From: Guillardia theta CCMP2712
Taxonomy: Eukaryota > Protista > Cryptophyta
DNA length: 64,000 bases
NCBI RefSeq assembly: GCF_000315625.1
Contig: NW_005434670.1
Span: 620,016-684,015 of the forward strand
Direction: 5' to 3'
The position numbers and the translations under genes are program-made. Positions 10,097 to 21,557 of this stretch are shown piece after piece. Position 1 is the first letter of the stretch, and every line of letters begins with the position of its first letter. The notes beneath the pieces are model-generated. The model was not told where the DNA came from, searched no databases, and was given only the letters and a program-made list of their open reading frames with translations.

Positions 10097-11380
10097 ATGC
10101 CAGCGCCTCTTCGTCGGACAGGTTTCTCCCTGCTGCGGCTCTTGGGCCTCGTCCTCAGCCCTTGCCATCTCCTACCGGCGTCTTCTGGTATCCTTGGAGC
10201 ATCTGCAAGCTCTTCATCAGCCCCCATCACCGCTGCCGACTACCAGGCAAGAATTGGCTGGGGGTTTGACACTGATTTCTTCAAGTCCACGACGGGCTTG
10301 AAGAAATATGATCCAAAGATCATGGTTGACCTCAAAGCTAAGGGAGTGAAGAATCTCCGACTCCGAACTCGAGGAGACATCTTTGGATTCAACTCTGCCA
10401 CTGAGGTTGTGGACAGCGCGAGTTTGCAGGAGCTGGTGAAGGGGTACAGAACCGTCCTGCCTGACATGTACGCGAACGGTATCTTCCCTATCATCTCATG
10501 GATCAACGATGCATCAGAAGTGCAGGCAACGGACGCCCAAGGCGACAACTTCGTGGAGTGGTGGGGGAAGGTGGCAGAAGAGCTTAAGGATGAGCCCTAC
10601 GAGCTCTCATTCAACCTCTTCACCGAGATAGGAGACGGCAACCTCAAGGACGACCCGGCCAAGTACAACGACTGGACTCGTCGCGCCATTTCCGCCATCC
10701 GCAGCACGGGAGGCAACAATGGGAATCGTGTGATCATCCTTGGAGCACCGGCAAAGGACGCGGACTCGCTATCAAGAATCGACGCGTCGATCACTACCGG
10801 CCAGCAGTATCTCATGGCAGAGTGGCACCTGTACGCATCCGGACCAAACAAACAAGTGGATGGGCAGAAGTACTGGGCGGGGACTGGGAGCAGTGAGGAC
10901 CGTGAGCGGGTGAACAAGGTCTTTCGAGACGCCATGGCATGGACGGCTTCCACGGACATCCCGACCTGGATCGGAGCATGGATGCCATATGACAACATCG
11001 GGGCCACACTGAGCCAGGAAGAAGTGGAAGCGTTTGCCTGCTACTTTGCAAGCGTCGCACGGGACAACCACATCCCTTGGTCCATGAACAAGCTCGACAA
11101 TTTCTATGATGTGCGCCAGAAATCTTGGGTGCAAACCCAAGACATCGGGAGATCGGACGCTCCTGTCACCCTCAGCATGCCCCCGATCCTCGATGCCCTT
11201 CAGTGTTCTTCAGCTCCTCCTTTGCCACTGACAAAGTCGAACGCTGACATCTATCTTGCGCAAAGACGTGTGGAACAAAGCAGGGCAAGATCGCAAGATC
11301 GTCACAGGATCCATAGAAGTTTCATGATCGGTGACCCTGCCGCTGCAGCTGCCGTGACTCGGGCCATGGAACCAGAGTAA
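10097..11380 (+). CDS. Secreted glycoside hydrolase family 5 (cellulase-like) protein, intronless
   Basis: Signal peptide; YQARIGWGFDTD, KGVKNLRLR, SFNLFTEI (acid/base region), IRSTGGNNGNRVIIL, YLMAEWHLY and IPTWIGAW motifs of the GH5 TIM barrel. Confidence 0.85.
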   Translation: MPAPLRRTGFSLLRLLGLVLSPCHLLPASSGILGASASSSSAPITAADYQARIGWGFDTDFFKSTTGLKKYDPKIMVDLKAKGVKNLRLRTRGDIFGFNSATEVVDSASLQELVKGYRTVLPDMYANGIFPIISWINDASEVQATDAQGDNFVEWWGKVAEELKDEPYELSFNLFTEIGDGNLKDDPAKYNDWTRRAISAIRSTGGNNGNRVIILGAPAKDADSLSRIDASITTGQQYLMAEWHLYASGPNKQVDGQKYWAGTGSSEDRERVNKVFRDAMAWTASTDIPTWIGAWMPYDNIGATLSQEEVEAFACYFASVARDNHIPWSMNKLDNFYDVRQKSWVQTQDIGRSDAPVTLSMPPILDALQCSSAPPLPLTKSNADIYLAQRRVEQSRARSQDRHRIHRSFMIGDPAAAAAVTRAMEPE

Positions 11381-12055
11381 GGAGCATCCTCGTCCACATA
11401 ACAGGCTTAGGCTGCGGCCAGTGACCTGGCATTGGACCCGGGCGATTATATAGTGGAGTGACTACACTTTGAGTAAAGGACTTGGAATAAGCTCAGGCTG
11501 CTGCCGGCCGGGCTTGGCTGGCGGTGGCCGCACCGTCGGTGTCGGTCCGACCGTCGATCCGGGCCGGTGACTCCGGGCCCGGTGTCACCACGGCGTTGAC
11601 TCTCGCAGCCGCTGCTCCGATCACCGCCTGTGCTAGTTCGGAGTACGGTAGTAGCCCGCATCATCGCGGCAGTGATCCCCGGGCCCGCTGACGCCGGGGG
11701 AGCCTCTGAGTGCCCCTCGCAGACGGTGCGGCCACTCCGAGCAGTGAGGCCCCGGAGTCTCGGCCGCGCGGCCCCCGGCCCGGCGTCGGCGGCGTCGGGA
11801 TCCCGGGAGTAGCCCGGCCGCGCGCCGGGACTCAGCCTGGACTCAGCCGGGAGCCGGTACCCTGAGGCAGGCCCTCATTGGCTCGGTCCCCGCCATGAGG
11901 CCATTCGCCCGATCGAAGGCAGGGACTCCCCGCTACAAGAGAGGAGCGGGGGAACGAGGAGAGATGGGGAAGCGGAGGAGGCTTGCATGAGCATGGTGCT
12001 TGGATACTGGCTAGGATACAGCTCTGAGAAGGCATGCGGTTGTTGGGAGCTCCTC

Positions 12056-14885
12056 ATGTTACAATCAAGTGCAAAGATCCTGATCCCCAAGAAGAGGATT
12101 CTGATCTTCATGCCCCTGCTCTTGGTCGCATGCAGTGCGGCTCGTGCTAAGAGGATCACGTCTTCATCACTGCGACTTCGTGGAGGACAGCCTGTGGCTC
12201 TTTCCGAGAACATCCAGGAGGTGAATCTGGAGAGTGAAGCGAGCTCGACCACGGCCAGGAAAAGATCTTATCTGGCGCAAGTGAGGGTTCTCGAACCCAG
12301 TCAACCAGGGAGTGACACAGAGTCAGACACAGACCAAGAGACGGCGAAGAGGAAGAGGATGTGCATCGGCATGAATAAAGTCCTTGAGGACCACATGGAT
12401 GAGGAGCGCGGCGGGGGGGGTGCGGATTCTTTTTCCAGCGGTGCTGGGCACGAGCATGCAGACGACAATGCTGCGTGCCCATCGCATGTCGTCGACCATG
12501 CAGCATCTGTTGAGTCCACGATCAGAAAGAAGAAGAGGTGCCTCAAGGTAGGAAGGGAGGCGATGCGAAGGGAGGAAAGCAAGGGTTCCTTGAGACGAGC
12601 AGAATCGGTCAGCAGCAGCGTTCGCGACGAGTCGCCGGGGAGGAGCTCGATGGACAGCCAAGACAACCTGGAAGACAGAGAGACTAAGGGCAATGAGAGT
12701 GCACGGAGGAAGAGGAGGCAGCTAGCAGGTATTCAAGAAGCCCTGCTTGAGGAAGAGAGGGAGGCGAGGCAAGAGGAAGGGGCAGGGGGCCCAGAGTGCA
12801 ACACTGTACGGAAGAAGAGGATGCAGACGCGCAGAGTGAGGGAGGCGATGGACCAGGAAGGAGAGCAGGACAGGAACGACCTGCAGATGCTGCTTGACTC
12901 CTCCCTCTCTACTCCTCAGAAGCCTGAGCGGCTCCCCCCACCAGGTGCTCCAATCTTGAGCTGCCATGTGTTGACGGTTCGTAGGTGGCAGGACCATGAT
13001 GAATCGGTTTGTGTCCTCGCCCTTTCGGTACTGTCATCGTTGTAGACGACGATGGAGCAAGGGAGACTGACTGCCTGCAGCTTCTTCTCAAGCATCGTGA
13101 ACTCCCTGTCGCCGGTATCGGTGCGTCTGCCCTTCTCACTCCAGCTCGTTCTGATGGAGCCTGCAAGTTTGGCAAGTCTCGCCAACCAGCCAGCAGGCAG
13201 GAGAGGCCCAAGGAGGGAGCTCTCTCCATGTCCTCAAGGAACGGGACGAGGGCGAAGCTTTCCGTGACCTCGCTCGCTCCCTCCGCTGCCCTGCCGCTGT
13301 CTGACCTGGTCCGGAGCGGCGGACTTACTGCAACATGGACCGACAGCAGTCTGAGGATGGCCGGAGTCGGCAGGTGCAAGCACGTGTACAACGAGGCGAT
13401 GCTGGGGCAGGACGGCGTGATCCTGATACCAGAGCAGGCCAAGTGACCCCCCGTGATAGCCCCACAGCCTCCTCACCAACTTTGAGCAGGTCCATGGAGG
13501 AGGCTATCACGTCGAACCCGCAGAGCTCACACCACGTCTTGGTCGATTCCTCGCAGCGCAGCTTGTGTTGGTCGGGGGTGCAGGAGATTTTGCACAACCA
13601 GAGCCTGTGCCTTGTTTGTATAAGTGAACTTGCCCACTACCCTCCGGTGACGTCAGCACCAGTTCGAAGCCTGTCAGTCTCCTGACGTGCCACAAGTTGC
13701 TGCAGGGCCAGTGGAGGCTGCATGAAGGGTCCAACGGCTCCTTTCACAACTGCGACTTGAGGTGGATCCCGACGCCTCCATCCCGCCTGTAACATGCGAC
13801 CGCAGGAGTTCGGCAGCGAGCTGGGAGGACAGCCTTGTGCAGGTGCATGGAGGGGTCTGGACGTTCAACCAAAGCAGCATCCGCTGCAAGGGAGGGACGA
13901 GCCTAAGCTTGCATGGCCTGGCAGAAGCGCGGTGATGAGTAAGAGGGAGGAGGAGGAGCTGGCTGATCGATTTGCAGTGCGTACAACTCGACCTTGGGGG
14001 GATTCTCAACCAAAGATACGGACACTTGTTTCTCGGCTGCCTCCGTCAGCGAAAGGTTTGGATCCCTTGCTCGCCCGGACCGGAACCCGGCCTCTTCCTC
14101 CCCTCGACTCGCACCCCTCTCCTCGTCCTCCTCCTTCTCGTCTTCCTCCTCCTCCTCCTCCTCCTCCTCCTCCTCTGAGCATGGGTGGAGCAGCTCCTTC
14201 TTCTCGTGCTCGCGATGTGTCCTTCACTTTGCATGTAAGTCCAGCTGCACGTGTTTTCCTCCTCCCTCTCCCTCTCCCCTCCCCAGCTCTTCCTCACCGT
14301 CTCACGGGCAGCTCGAACTGGAGCGGCGCTGATCGTCTCCGGCTACGGCTTCGCCCGATGCTCCAACAGGTCAGGGCCCGGAGGAGTGTGTGGCCGCCGT
14401 CCCTTCTCAGTTTCTTGCCCCAGCTCCCTCTCCCACTCCCACGAGGCCATCCGGATGGACGGCAACTCGAAGGCTATCGTCAGCGACTCCGTCCTCCTCG
14501 ACAACCGCCGGTGGGTCTCCCGTGTGCCATGGGCCCGCTCCGTGACGCTGTGAAGGAGCTTCACCGTTACCACTCCCGGCCGCCTTCACCTTGTCAACGA
14601 CGTCGTGAACTTTGACAGGAGGAGCGTCAGGCTGGGAGGTGAACTCAACTGTTCCAGCGAGTCTCCTGCTCCTGAAGAGAGCGCAGGGTGCATCACTCAA
14701 GACAGGAGCACCTTCTTTACGTGAGTTCTGCTGGTCTACTCAGTTTGCCGTCAGCTCCTGTGCTGCTGTTTCTGTCTTGGCCAAGACTCCGCTGTTCTCA
14801 CAGCATGGCATGGGATGGTTGTGAGAGTGAGGACGACGGTGCCGCTTGTAAATATTCCATGTGCCTCTACACTGTTAAGATGTGA
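12056..14885 (+). CDS. Multi-exon hypothetical protein: signal peptide + LRLRGG + basic repeats; possible beta-helix C-terminal part
   Basis: Hydrophobic ILIFMPLLLVACSAA followed by SLRLRGG. Downstream putative exons include LQGQWRLHEGSNGSFHNCDL and EAIRMDGNSKAIVSDSVLLDN. Exon structure of the 3' part is uncertain. Confidence 0.45.
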
Positions 14886-15222
14886 TTGAATAATATTTTT
14901 TTTGTCGAGGAGAGAGTGATGAGGATTTAAGAAACTTACTAAGCACAAACAGGAACTAATCGTAATCGTACATGCATGAGTTCTCCAAGTTCATCATTCA
15001 CTCTTCGATTATTGTTTCAAGACACGTTCGGCTGCGGAACATCGCAGCATATCAAACGCATTTCGGTAGCGTTCGGCAAGTTGTAAGACACGCAGATGTT
15101 GCATGAACACCGTAAATCCCTGGAGCTATCGCAAAGCTGCAGCAAACAGACGGCTGGAGACCGAGAGATCGTGTCAGTGCAACTAACGACACATTTGACC
15201 TCACCTCTGTCCTCCTCTAGTT

Positions 15223-15939
15223 TCAATCACTGTAGTTGTCATAGAACTTGAGGCTGTTGTCCTCAATAGCTGCAGGGGAGTGTGAACGTGAAGAAAGTGG
15301 CAGCGTCCATGATCATGGCAAGGCAAGCAGAAACTTACAGGTGATGTGACCATCATCAATTTCGACTTCAGGCGCGATCATGAAACCCCACTGGGACGAG
15401 TATGTAGGATAGCTGTTGTCGTATTCCCACGATGGCAGATCACCTGCAGTGGAAATCGTGAGCCCTCAGGCATGGAGACATGCTGTCCCCCATGCAAGAG
15501 ATGAGAAGAAGTCTTGTTTCTCACCATCCTCGTTGGATCTGATTCTGCTGATATCGAACTGATTCACCTCTCCTGGGTAATGGCTCTCGCTCGTAGCCGT
15601 CCTGCTGTAGTACTCCGTCCTGCCCGCGACCGGCTCCCCTGATTCAGGATCGATGGGGGTTCCGTTCTCGAGTCCGAAGTCGAAGAGAGAGTTGCCGGAG
15701 CTCTCCGGCTGCGGGTCCTCAGGCACCATGAACTTCCCGTCGTCCTGCAGTCCCTTGATCCTCCAGTTCTCCCCGAGCCACAACCTCTGCTGCCTCAGCA
15801 TCGACCTAGGGAGAGCCCGCACTAGGAGCTCACTTCTTTCCTGCCTCCTCGAGCTCATCATCGCAGTGATTGCAAGCAGGCATGTCACCGCTGCTGCTGT
15901 GCATGCCGCCCACCTTGCTACCACCGCCCCGTTAGCCAT
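15223..15939 (-). CDS. Small hypothetical signal-anchored protein (3 exons)
   Basis: MANGAVVARWAACTAAAVTCLLAITAMMSSRRQERSELL...; two GT-AG introns restore the frame to ...KFYDNYSD*. Confidence 0.65.
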
Positions 15940-16039
15940 GGCTGAAGAGCCGTCGTAACCGCCAGAAACGGTATCATAGTAGCAGCCCCCCCCGGGGTGT
16001 TCCGGGCCGCTCGGACGGGCCTAGCCGGTCACTGATAGC

Positions 16040-16560
16040 GTCACTGATACTTGGGATGGTGTCTGAGGGGGTGGGGTGGTGAAGGGACCGGTGCCAGAAT
16101 GGCGGGAAAAGCTCGAAGGTCCGGGTTGCGATGCGGCCTGGGAGTAAGAGGATGTAGGAGGGGTATGTAGAATGGGAGAAGGGAGGGGAAGGGGCCTTGA
16201 GGGTTTGATATAGTCGTTCACTTATGAAATGTTAAAGATAGCGGTATGGAGGGGGGATCTTTCATATGGCCATTTGAGGGTATCAGGGGGTGGTTGACAG
16301 GAGGGGCTATGATGTAGGTCAGGGACCTTGATGATAAAACATAGTCACTCACTTATGAAATATTTCTGGTAGAGGTGGTCAGGTTCCTCAGGAGAGGGGG
16401 GAATGACAGGTGATCCGAGGGCTTGTGGAAAGCAGAGGTTAGAAGTCGATGGTAATACCCTTACGTTTCAGAAATAGTGTCTCACTTATAAAATTGGTGA
16501 GGTATGGGTGGATAGACAATGGGGTCCCCCACATTCGGCCACTCCCCTTGTGACGTTCAC
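16040..16560 (+). promoter_or_regulatory. G-rich tract with three ATAGTnnnTCACTTATRAAAT motifs, between divergent genes
   Basis: Motif core TCACTTATRAAAT at 16218, 16349 and 16482; another copy at 25689. Confidence 0.55.
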
Positions 16561-17528
16561 CCCTCCTCGCGCGGTGGCAGTTTTTTTTTTTGAGAGGATC
16601 CAGAATTTGCGAAGGGGGGTGGTATCACAAGGAGAAATCGGGGGTCGTGAAAATAGAGTAAACTATTATTACGAGGAGATGTACTAGTAAACTTTTTCTG
16701 GTAATATTCCATAATCCATATATCAGAACCGCTGTGGGATCTTCGGAAGGAGGACCCCCTTGTGAAAAAAAACATTGTCGCTGGGCGGAGCGCGTGCTCG
16801 TCTGTGCTACTCCAGGTAATGGCGCCGCCGGCCGGGTTGGAAACTAGTCGATCTTCATACACGAGCAGCCCTGACCCTCGCCCTCCTCCTCGGGGCTAAC
16901 TTGATGCTTCATGCTGTCACCTCCTTCCGCCTGACTGAAGATGGATAATTGTTTCGTGGAGTTGCTCACACCGGTTCAAGGTCGTTGCGACCTATCCCGG
17001 TTCCTCGTTCCGGCGAATGCGCGGTGTCTTGTGTTTAGGCTCTTGGAATGGTTTGATCAGTGATTGCTCTCGTTGCCTTCTCTTCCTCTAGTAATGTATG
17101 CGATTTGCGCAAGAGAACATGTTTTTACGCTGTTGAACATGGGATCTTGGTTGCGTTTTCCACAGGAAACCTTGTGTTGATTTGTGACTATCTTGTACTG
17201 TAGTAGGGCTGATGTCACTCTTGACTGATGTTCGATAATTTGTCGCATTGAAGAACACGGCTTTGATTCGTGTGAAATTTTTGTTTCTTCTACCTTTTTT
17301 GCATCCTCAAGTGCGCTTATCGCAATGTTACAAATTCCGTCTTTTTTCCACCTTCACCACTGATTTACGAGATTTTTCAGTATTCCTAGTTTTTTGCATT
17401 AGTTTTGTTCTATGTGCAAGTGTAGTATCTATGACTAACTTCACCATATGATTATCATTGGGCAATAACCTTGCTGTAGAACGATTCCAACATGCGACTG
17501 ACAACAGTTCTCAGGGACCCTTCACGAG

Positions 17529-18015
17529 ATGTCGAAGATCACCGGCAAAGTCAAGTGGTTTAACGTGAAGAAAGGCTGTGAGTGCAGAAAGATCACCTCC
17601 GCTGGATATGTGCACTAACATGTGGCTCAGACGGTTTCATCACGCCAACGAACGGGGGTGAAGACATTTTTGTTCACCAGACTGCCATCCATGCGTGAGT
17701 GCCAACATCTTGTTTCTGTGCGCGTCGTAACGAAGTCTTCGTGCAGTGAGGGCTTCCGCAGCCTGAAGGAGGAGGAAGAGGTCGAGTTTGAGATCTCCGA
17801 CAATGGCGGCAAGTCCAAGGCCATCAATGTCACTGGCCCCGCGGGAGCTTACGTTCAGGGAGCTCCGCGCCACACCAAAGGTACTTGAAGTCGGAGATGT
17901 AAGAGCAGCAGCTGACCCACTAGCAGGCTCACGCAACTACAGGCCTAGAAACCAGAGGAAGGACAACAAGGATCCCAAGGCTGAGAACGCAGGCGAATCA
18001 AGTCAACCAGCTTGA
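17529..18015 (+). CDS. Cold-shock domain (Y-box-like) protein, 111 aa, 4 exons
   Basis: Exons 17529-17577, 17631-17694, 17747-17880 and 17927-18015 give [54 protein letters not shown]...VTGP (RNP1/RNP2 motifs). Confidence 0.95.
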
Positions 18016-18359
18016 TCACAGAGAATGTCCGTTGCGTATGGTTTCAATTTTGTTAGCCTGCCTAGCTTTTTGAATGATAAACTGTACAAGTCTTGTACGC
18101 AAATGATTTGCTTCGGGAACTCTTGCTGTGGAGTGGCGTGACGCTGTTCTGTGACTACGCACTGCTCTGTGTTGGGTTCCTGGATCAAGATCATGCGTGT
18201 CTGGCTTGATACTTTTGTTTATGAATAAATTTTGGATGAAAAGGCGCCAACGTTATTTTGTGAGCATAACCTGGGCACTCACCACTGAGTCGTCATCTGT
18301 ACGCAACTTCAAACGAGGGAAACGGGAACGAGAGCAGCAGCAAGAACTGAGCAAAAGCT

Positions 18360-20731
18360 CTACTCACAGAATCTTTTGATCATTCCAGGAATCCTAGAGG
18401 GACTGGGTAAGCCGATGCCTTGCCGACCTTCAGCCGACTGGGGAAGAGAACAAGAGAGGTCTTGTGCGGACGTGGACGGCATAATCTTGAGAATGTTTGC
18501 CAGAGCAATCTGTGCGGTGTTACTGTGAGGTAAACAATGTCTGTGAGAAGATTATGCAACTCACCTCGTATGTTGATATTCCCACGGCAAAAAAAGTCGC
18601 CGACCTGTCAAATACATTCGAGATGAGCAGACAGGGGGAGGACGAAAGGAGAACGAGGACGAGGCTGGAAAGAAGAAAATAAACGAGGAGGAGAGAGGAG
18701 AAAAGGAGAAGGAGGTAAGGAGTGGCGGTACGAGCAAAGAGGAGGAAGGGCACCATATCAGTCGCGGGATGAAACCAGCCCACAGCGCTTGGATTCCCTG
18801 CAGCTTTCAGTGAGCTCGGAGTTGCAGTTCGCCTTGCAGGTCGGGCACCTCCTGTCTCCCTATTGTGATCATCGCCCGTAGGGGAAACTGCGCAGGCGTC
18901 TGCAGCAAGGGGATGTCAAGGCGAGGAAGAGGTCATTGAGTATGCTGCTCGCCTGTCCCAGCATAATTCTAGTCTTAACGACATCGAGGGGGTTCGTTGC
19001 GAACGACGAAAGGCATCTAGAGACAGGGGGAGTCAGGCTAGCGTATAGAGCCCATCGGGGATCTAATGAGCGGAGGAAGCATCTAGCAAGCAACAAGACG
19101 AAGGTTTTAGACAGCGCAGACCCTGCGGTGATGCCAGCCCCGAACAGCTCAGCTGGCTCCAGTTGGCGCTGGACAGCAAGTTCACTCTCTCCGAATAATC
19201 ATTCACCAGAGCAAAAGGAACCTGAAACCTGCTGATCATCATGGCCTTGATCTGTTCGTAGATCCCAAACTTTAGCATGGCCCTGAGACTGGCTTAGCCC
19301 CGACCGCAACAGGCACAAGGCCTGACCCTGGCGCGTTGCGGAGAAGGGTGGCGAAGTACCCGTTGTACATGGCTCCGATTCCTTCTCGCTGAATCCAACG
19401 TAAAAAAGTAGCGCCCAGACATCAAGAGCTCACTTGAATGATATCTTTCATCAGACTTAGAGCCTTCTGACCGCTTGCTAGCTGACCGACCTGTGGGTTG
19501 GAGAGGGTCAGCGTTCCAAACTAATACTGTGGATGAGGTAGGATCGAACTTCGGCCCATAGGGCATACCTGGCATCGCTGCTTCAGCACTTCCTTGGGGA
19601 CAAAGATCAAGGACGACACGGCGTTCCCCGTCATCGCCGCCAGAGATGGAGAGAAATTCTGGCGATCCCGCGTCACCAGACAGCAACTTCAAGACGGGTT
19701 TTCAATGCACCTTCGTCTTGTCCGGAAGGATGTTGGACCAGACCCTGCAAAACTTTCAGGGGGCTCGGGACTTAGGATAGACACTCTAAAACGATAAGAT
19801 GGACGCTCTGGATCAGAATAGACATCGCTCTCACCCTTTCATCGACTCATAGGTGCTGAAGTAAAGGAAAGAAGATATGAAGGAGCCAGCTGCTGCTGTC
19901 CTGGCTCCTGCAGATTCGGTCAACGCACGCAGCGTGTCTGAGACTCCCTCCTACCCGCATACAGGCCGTGGTACAGTCCTCTCTCCTGCACATCTCCATC
20001 AGTTCTCGCCTCCAAGGCAGGCTCGCATCACCTTCACTGCCTTCAACCCCCCATCAATCCAACCCGAAAACTTGTTGGTCGAATCAGCTTGCTTCATGGT
20101 CTTCAGCGTGTCCAGAGGATGCAGGAGGAACGAAACAGAAGATCCAGCCAGCCCCCCGGCAATGCCTGAAATTTCTTCATGTCAAGTCCGAGTCACCACT
20201 CTCCCTCCCAGCGGTCGCAGCACACAGTCGTAACAGCCTGAAGGCCATACCTGACAGGATTCCCCTCAGCTGGCATGGGATCTCGTAGCCACGTAAGAAG
20301 CATTTGTTCCCGTCATGGGGCATGCTTCTTCTGGGATTGTCTGCCAGAGCCGATGCTTGCAGCACTGCGGCGGGACTCGAGCCAACTTTGCCCGGGTGAG
20401 GAAAGAAGTTCGGCAACTCAAGGGGGCACGCAGGCTCCGAGATGCAGAGCAGAGTCGTCAACAACAGAGCAGCCCTAATGGCAGGTCAGCTGAAATAATT
20501 CGGACAGGTGTCCCCGCTATGATGACAAGGCGCATTGGACATCAGGGAGGACCTTTACCTTGCATATCGAGCGGATCCTAGTGAGTCACTCGCGTTCTCC
20601 AACGTTGTAGAGTTGACCTTGCCACTACCGAAGTGACTCGACGATGGTGAACAAGGTGAATGATCTCCCAAGACAGCATAGCTCCTTCTCTGGTGTGCCT
20701 CGCTGCCACTGCCCTTTGATATCCTCCCCAT
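18360..20731 (-). CDS. Mitochondrial carrier family (SLC25) protein, SAM-carrier-like; ends approximate
   Basis: Signature Px[DE]xxKT motifs in GIAGGLAGSSVSFLLHPLDTLKTMKQ and FATNPLDVVKTRIM; also FLYFSTYESMK and LKFGIYEQIK; many short introns. Confidence 0.8.
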
Positions 20732-21557
20732 GGTAGCCTTCAGCTCCACTGTAACGCTGTCATGCGAAACCTCGCAGTCACTGATGCAAGGAGACGCCCT
20801 GACATCTGGGCATCCACATGGTACAGAGAAGGAGGAGGAGGAGGAGGAGGAGGAGGAGGAGGAGGAGGAGGAAGGCTGGCAAGAATGAGGAGATATGCCG
20901 CTTCTCCTTCGCTTGCGCTTTGCCTGCATTGAAGGTTGAGAGAACGAACGTTTGGGCAACAGATCCAGCGAAAAATACTTTTAAACATAATTTCAAGTAT
21001 TATAGTAACAGCAAAAATTATATTGAGAATTTATAAATCCGTGTGTAAAACAGTTTTTCTTCCATTCCACTACCCTTGGGATCTGCTGCTTGGTTGCACT
21101 GGGGTAGGGTTGTAATAATTGCTGAGGGTGGGGTACATCTCACCCCAAATCTAGGGGTGGGATGACACTGAGGGCTGGTTGACACCGGTATTGGCTATAT
21201 CACGAGAAATCGTTTCGATATATGGTAGGGTAATGAATAGGACACCCCCGTCAGGGTGGTAATTCGCTAATCTGTGTAGGGTAGGGTGATCAGGGATGAA
21301 CGAGGGGGTAGGGTTAGTAGGGTTGGGTCATAAAGGGAATAACTAACTATTCCCGTACCGGACAATGCTGCCGGCCCGCCCGGTCCGGGCCCCGGGCCGT
21401 CGTCGCCGTTGGAGGTTTTGTCGTGCATGTGTGGTCGGAGTAGACTTTTCTGCTGCCTCTATTACTTTTCCTAAAATTCTGTTGAGGCGGGTTTGTTTGG
21501 GTTATCCTTTCCCGGTTTGCCTACCCCCAAGGCTTTTTGCATTTCATCCCGATTGCC

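Noticed and set aside
20830-20871. (GAG)n, (CCT)n at ~14145-14172 and (GGCT)n at ~33406-33433 as functional elements
   Set aside because: Ordinary microsatellites with no further evidence.
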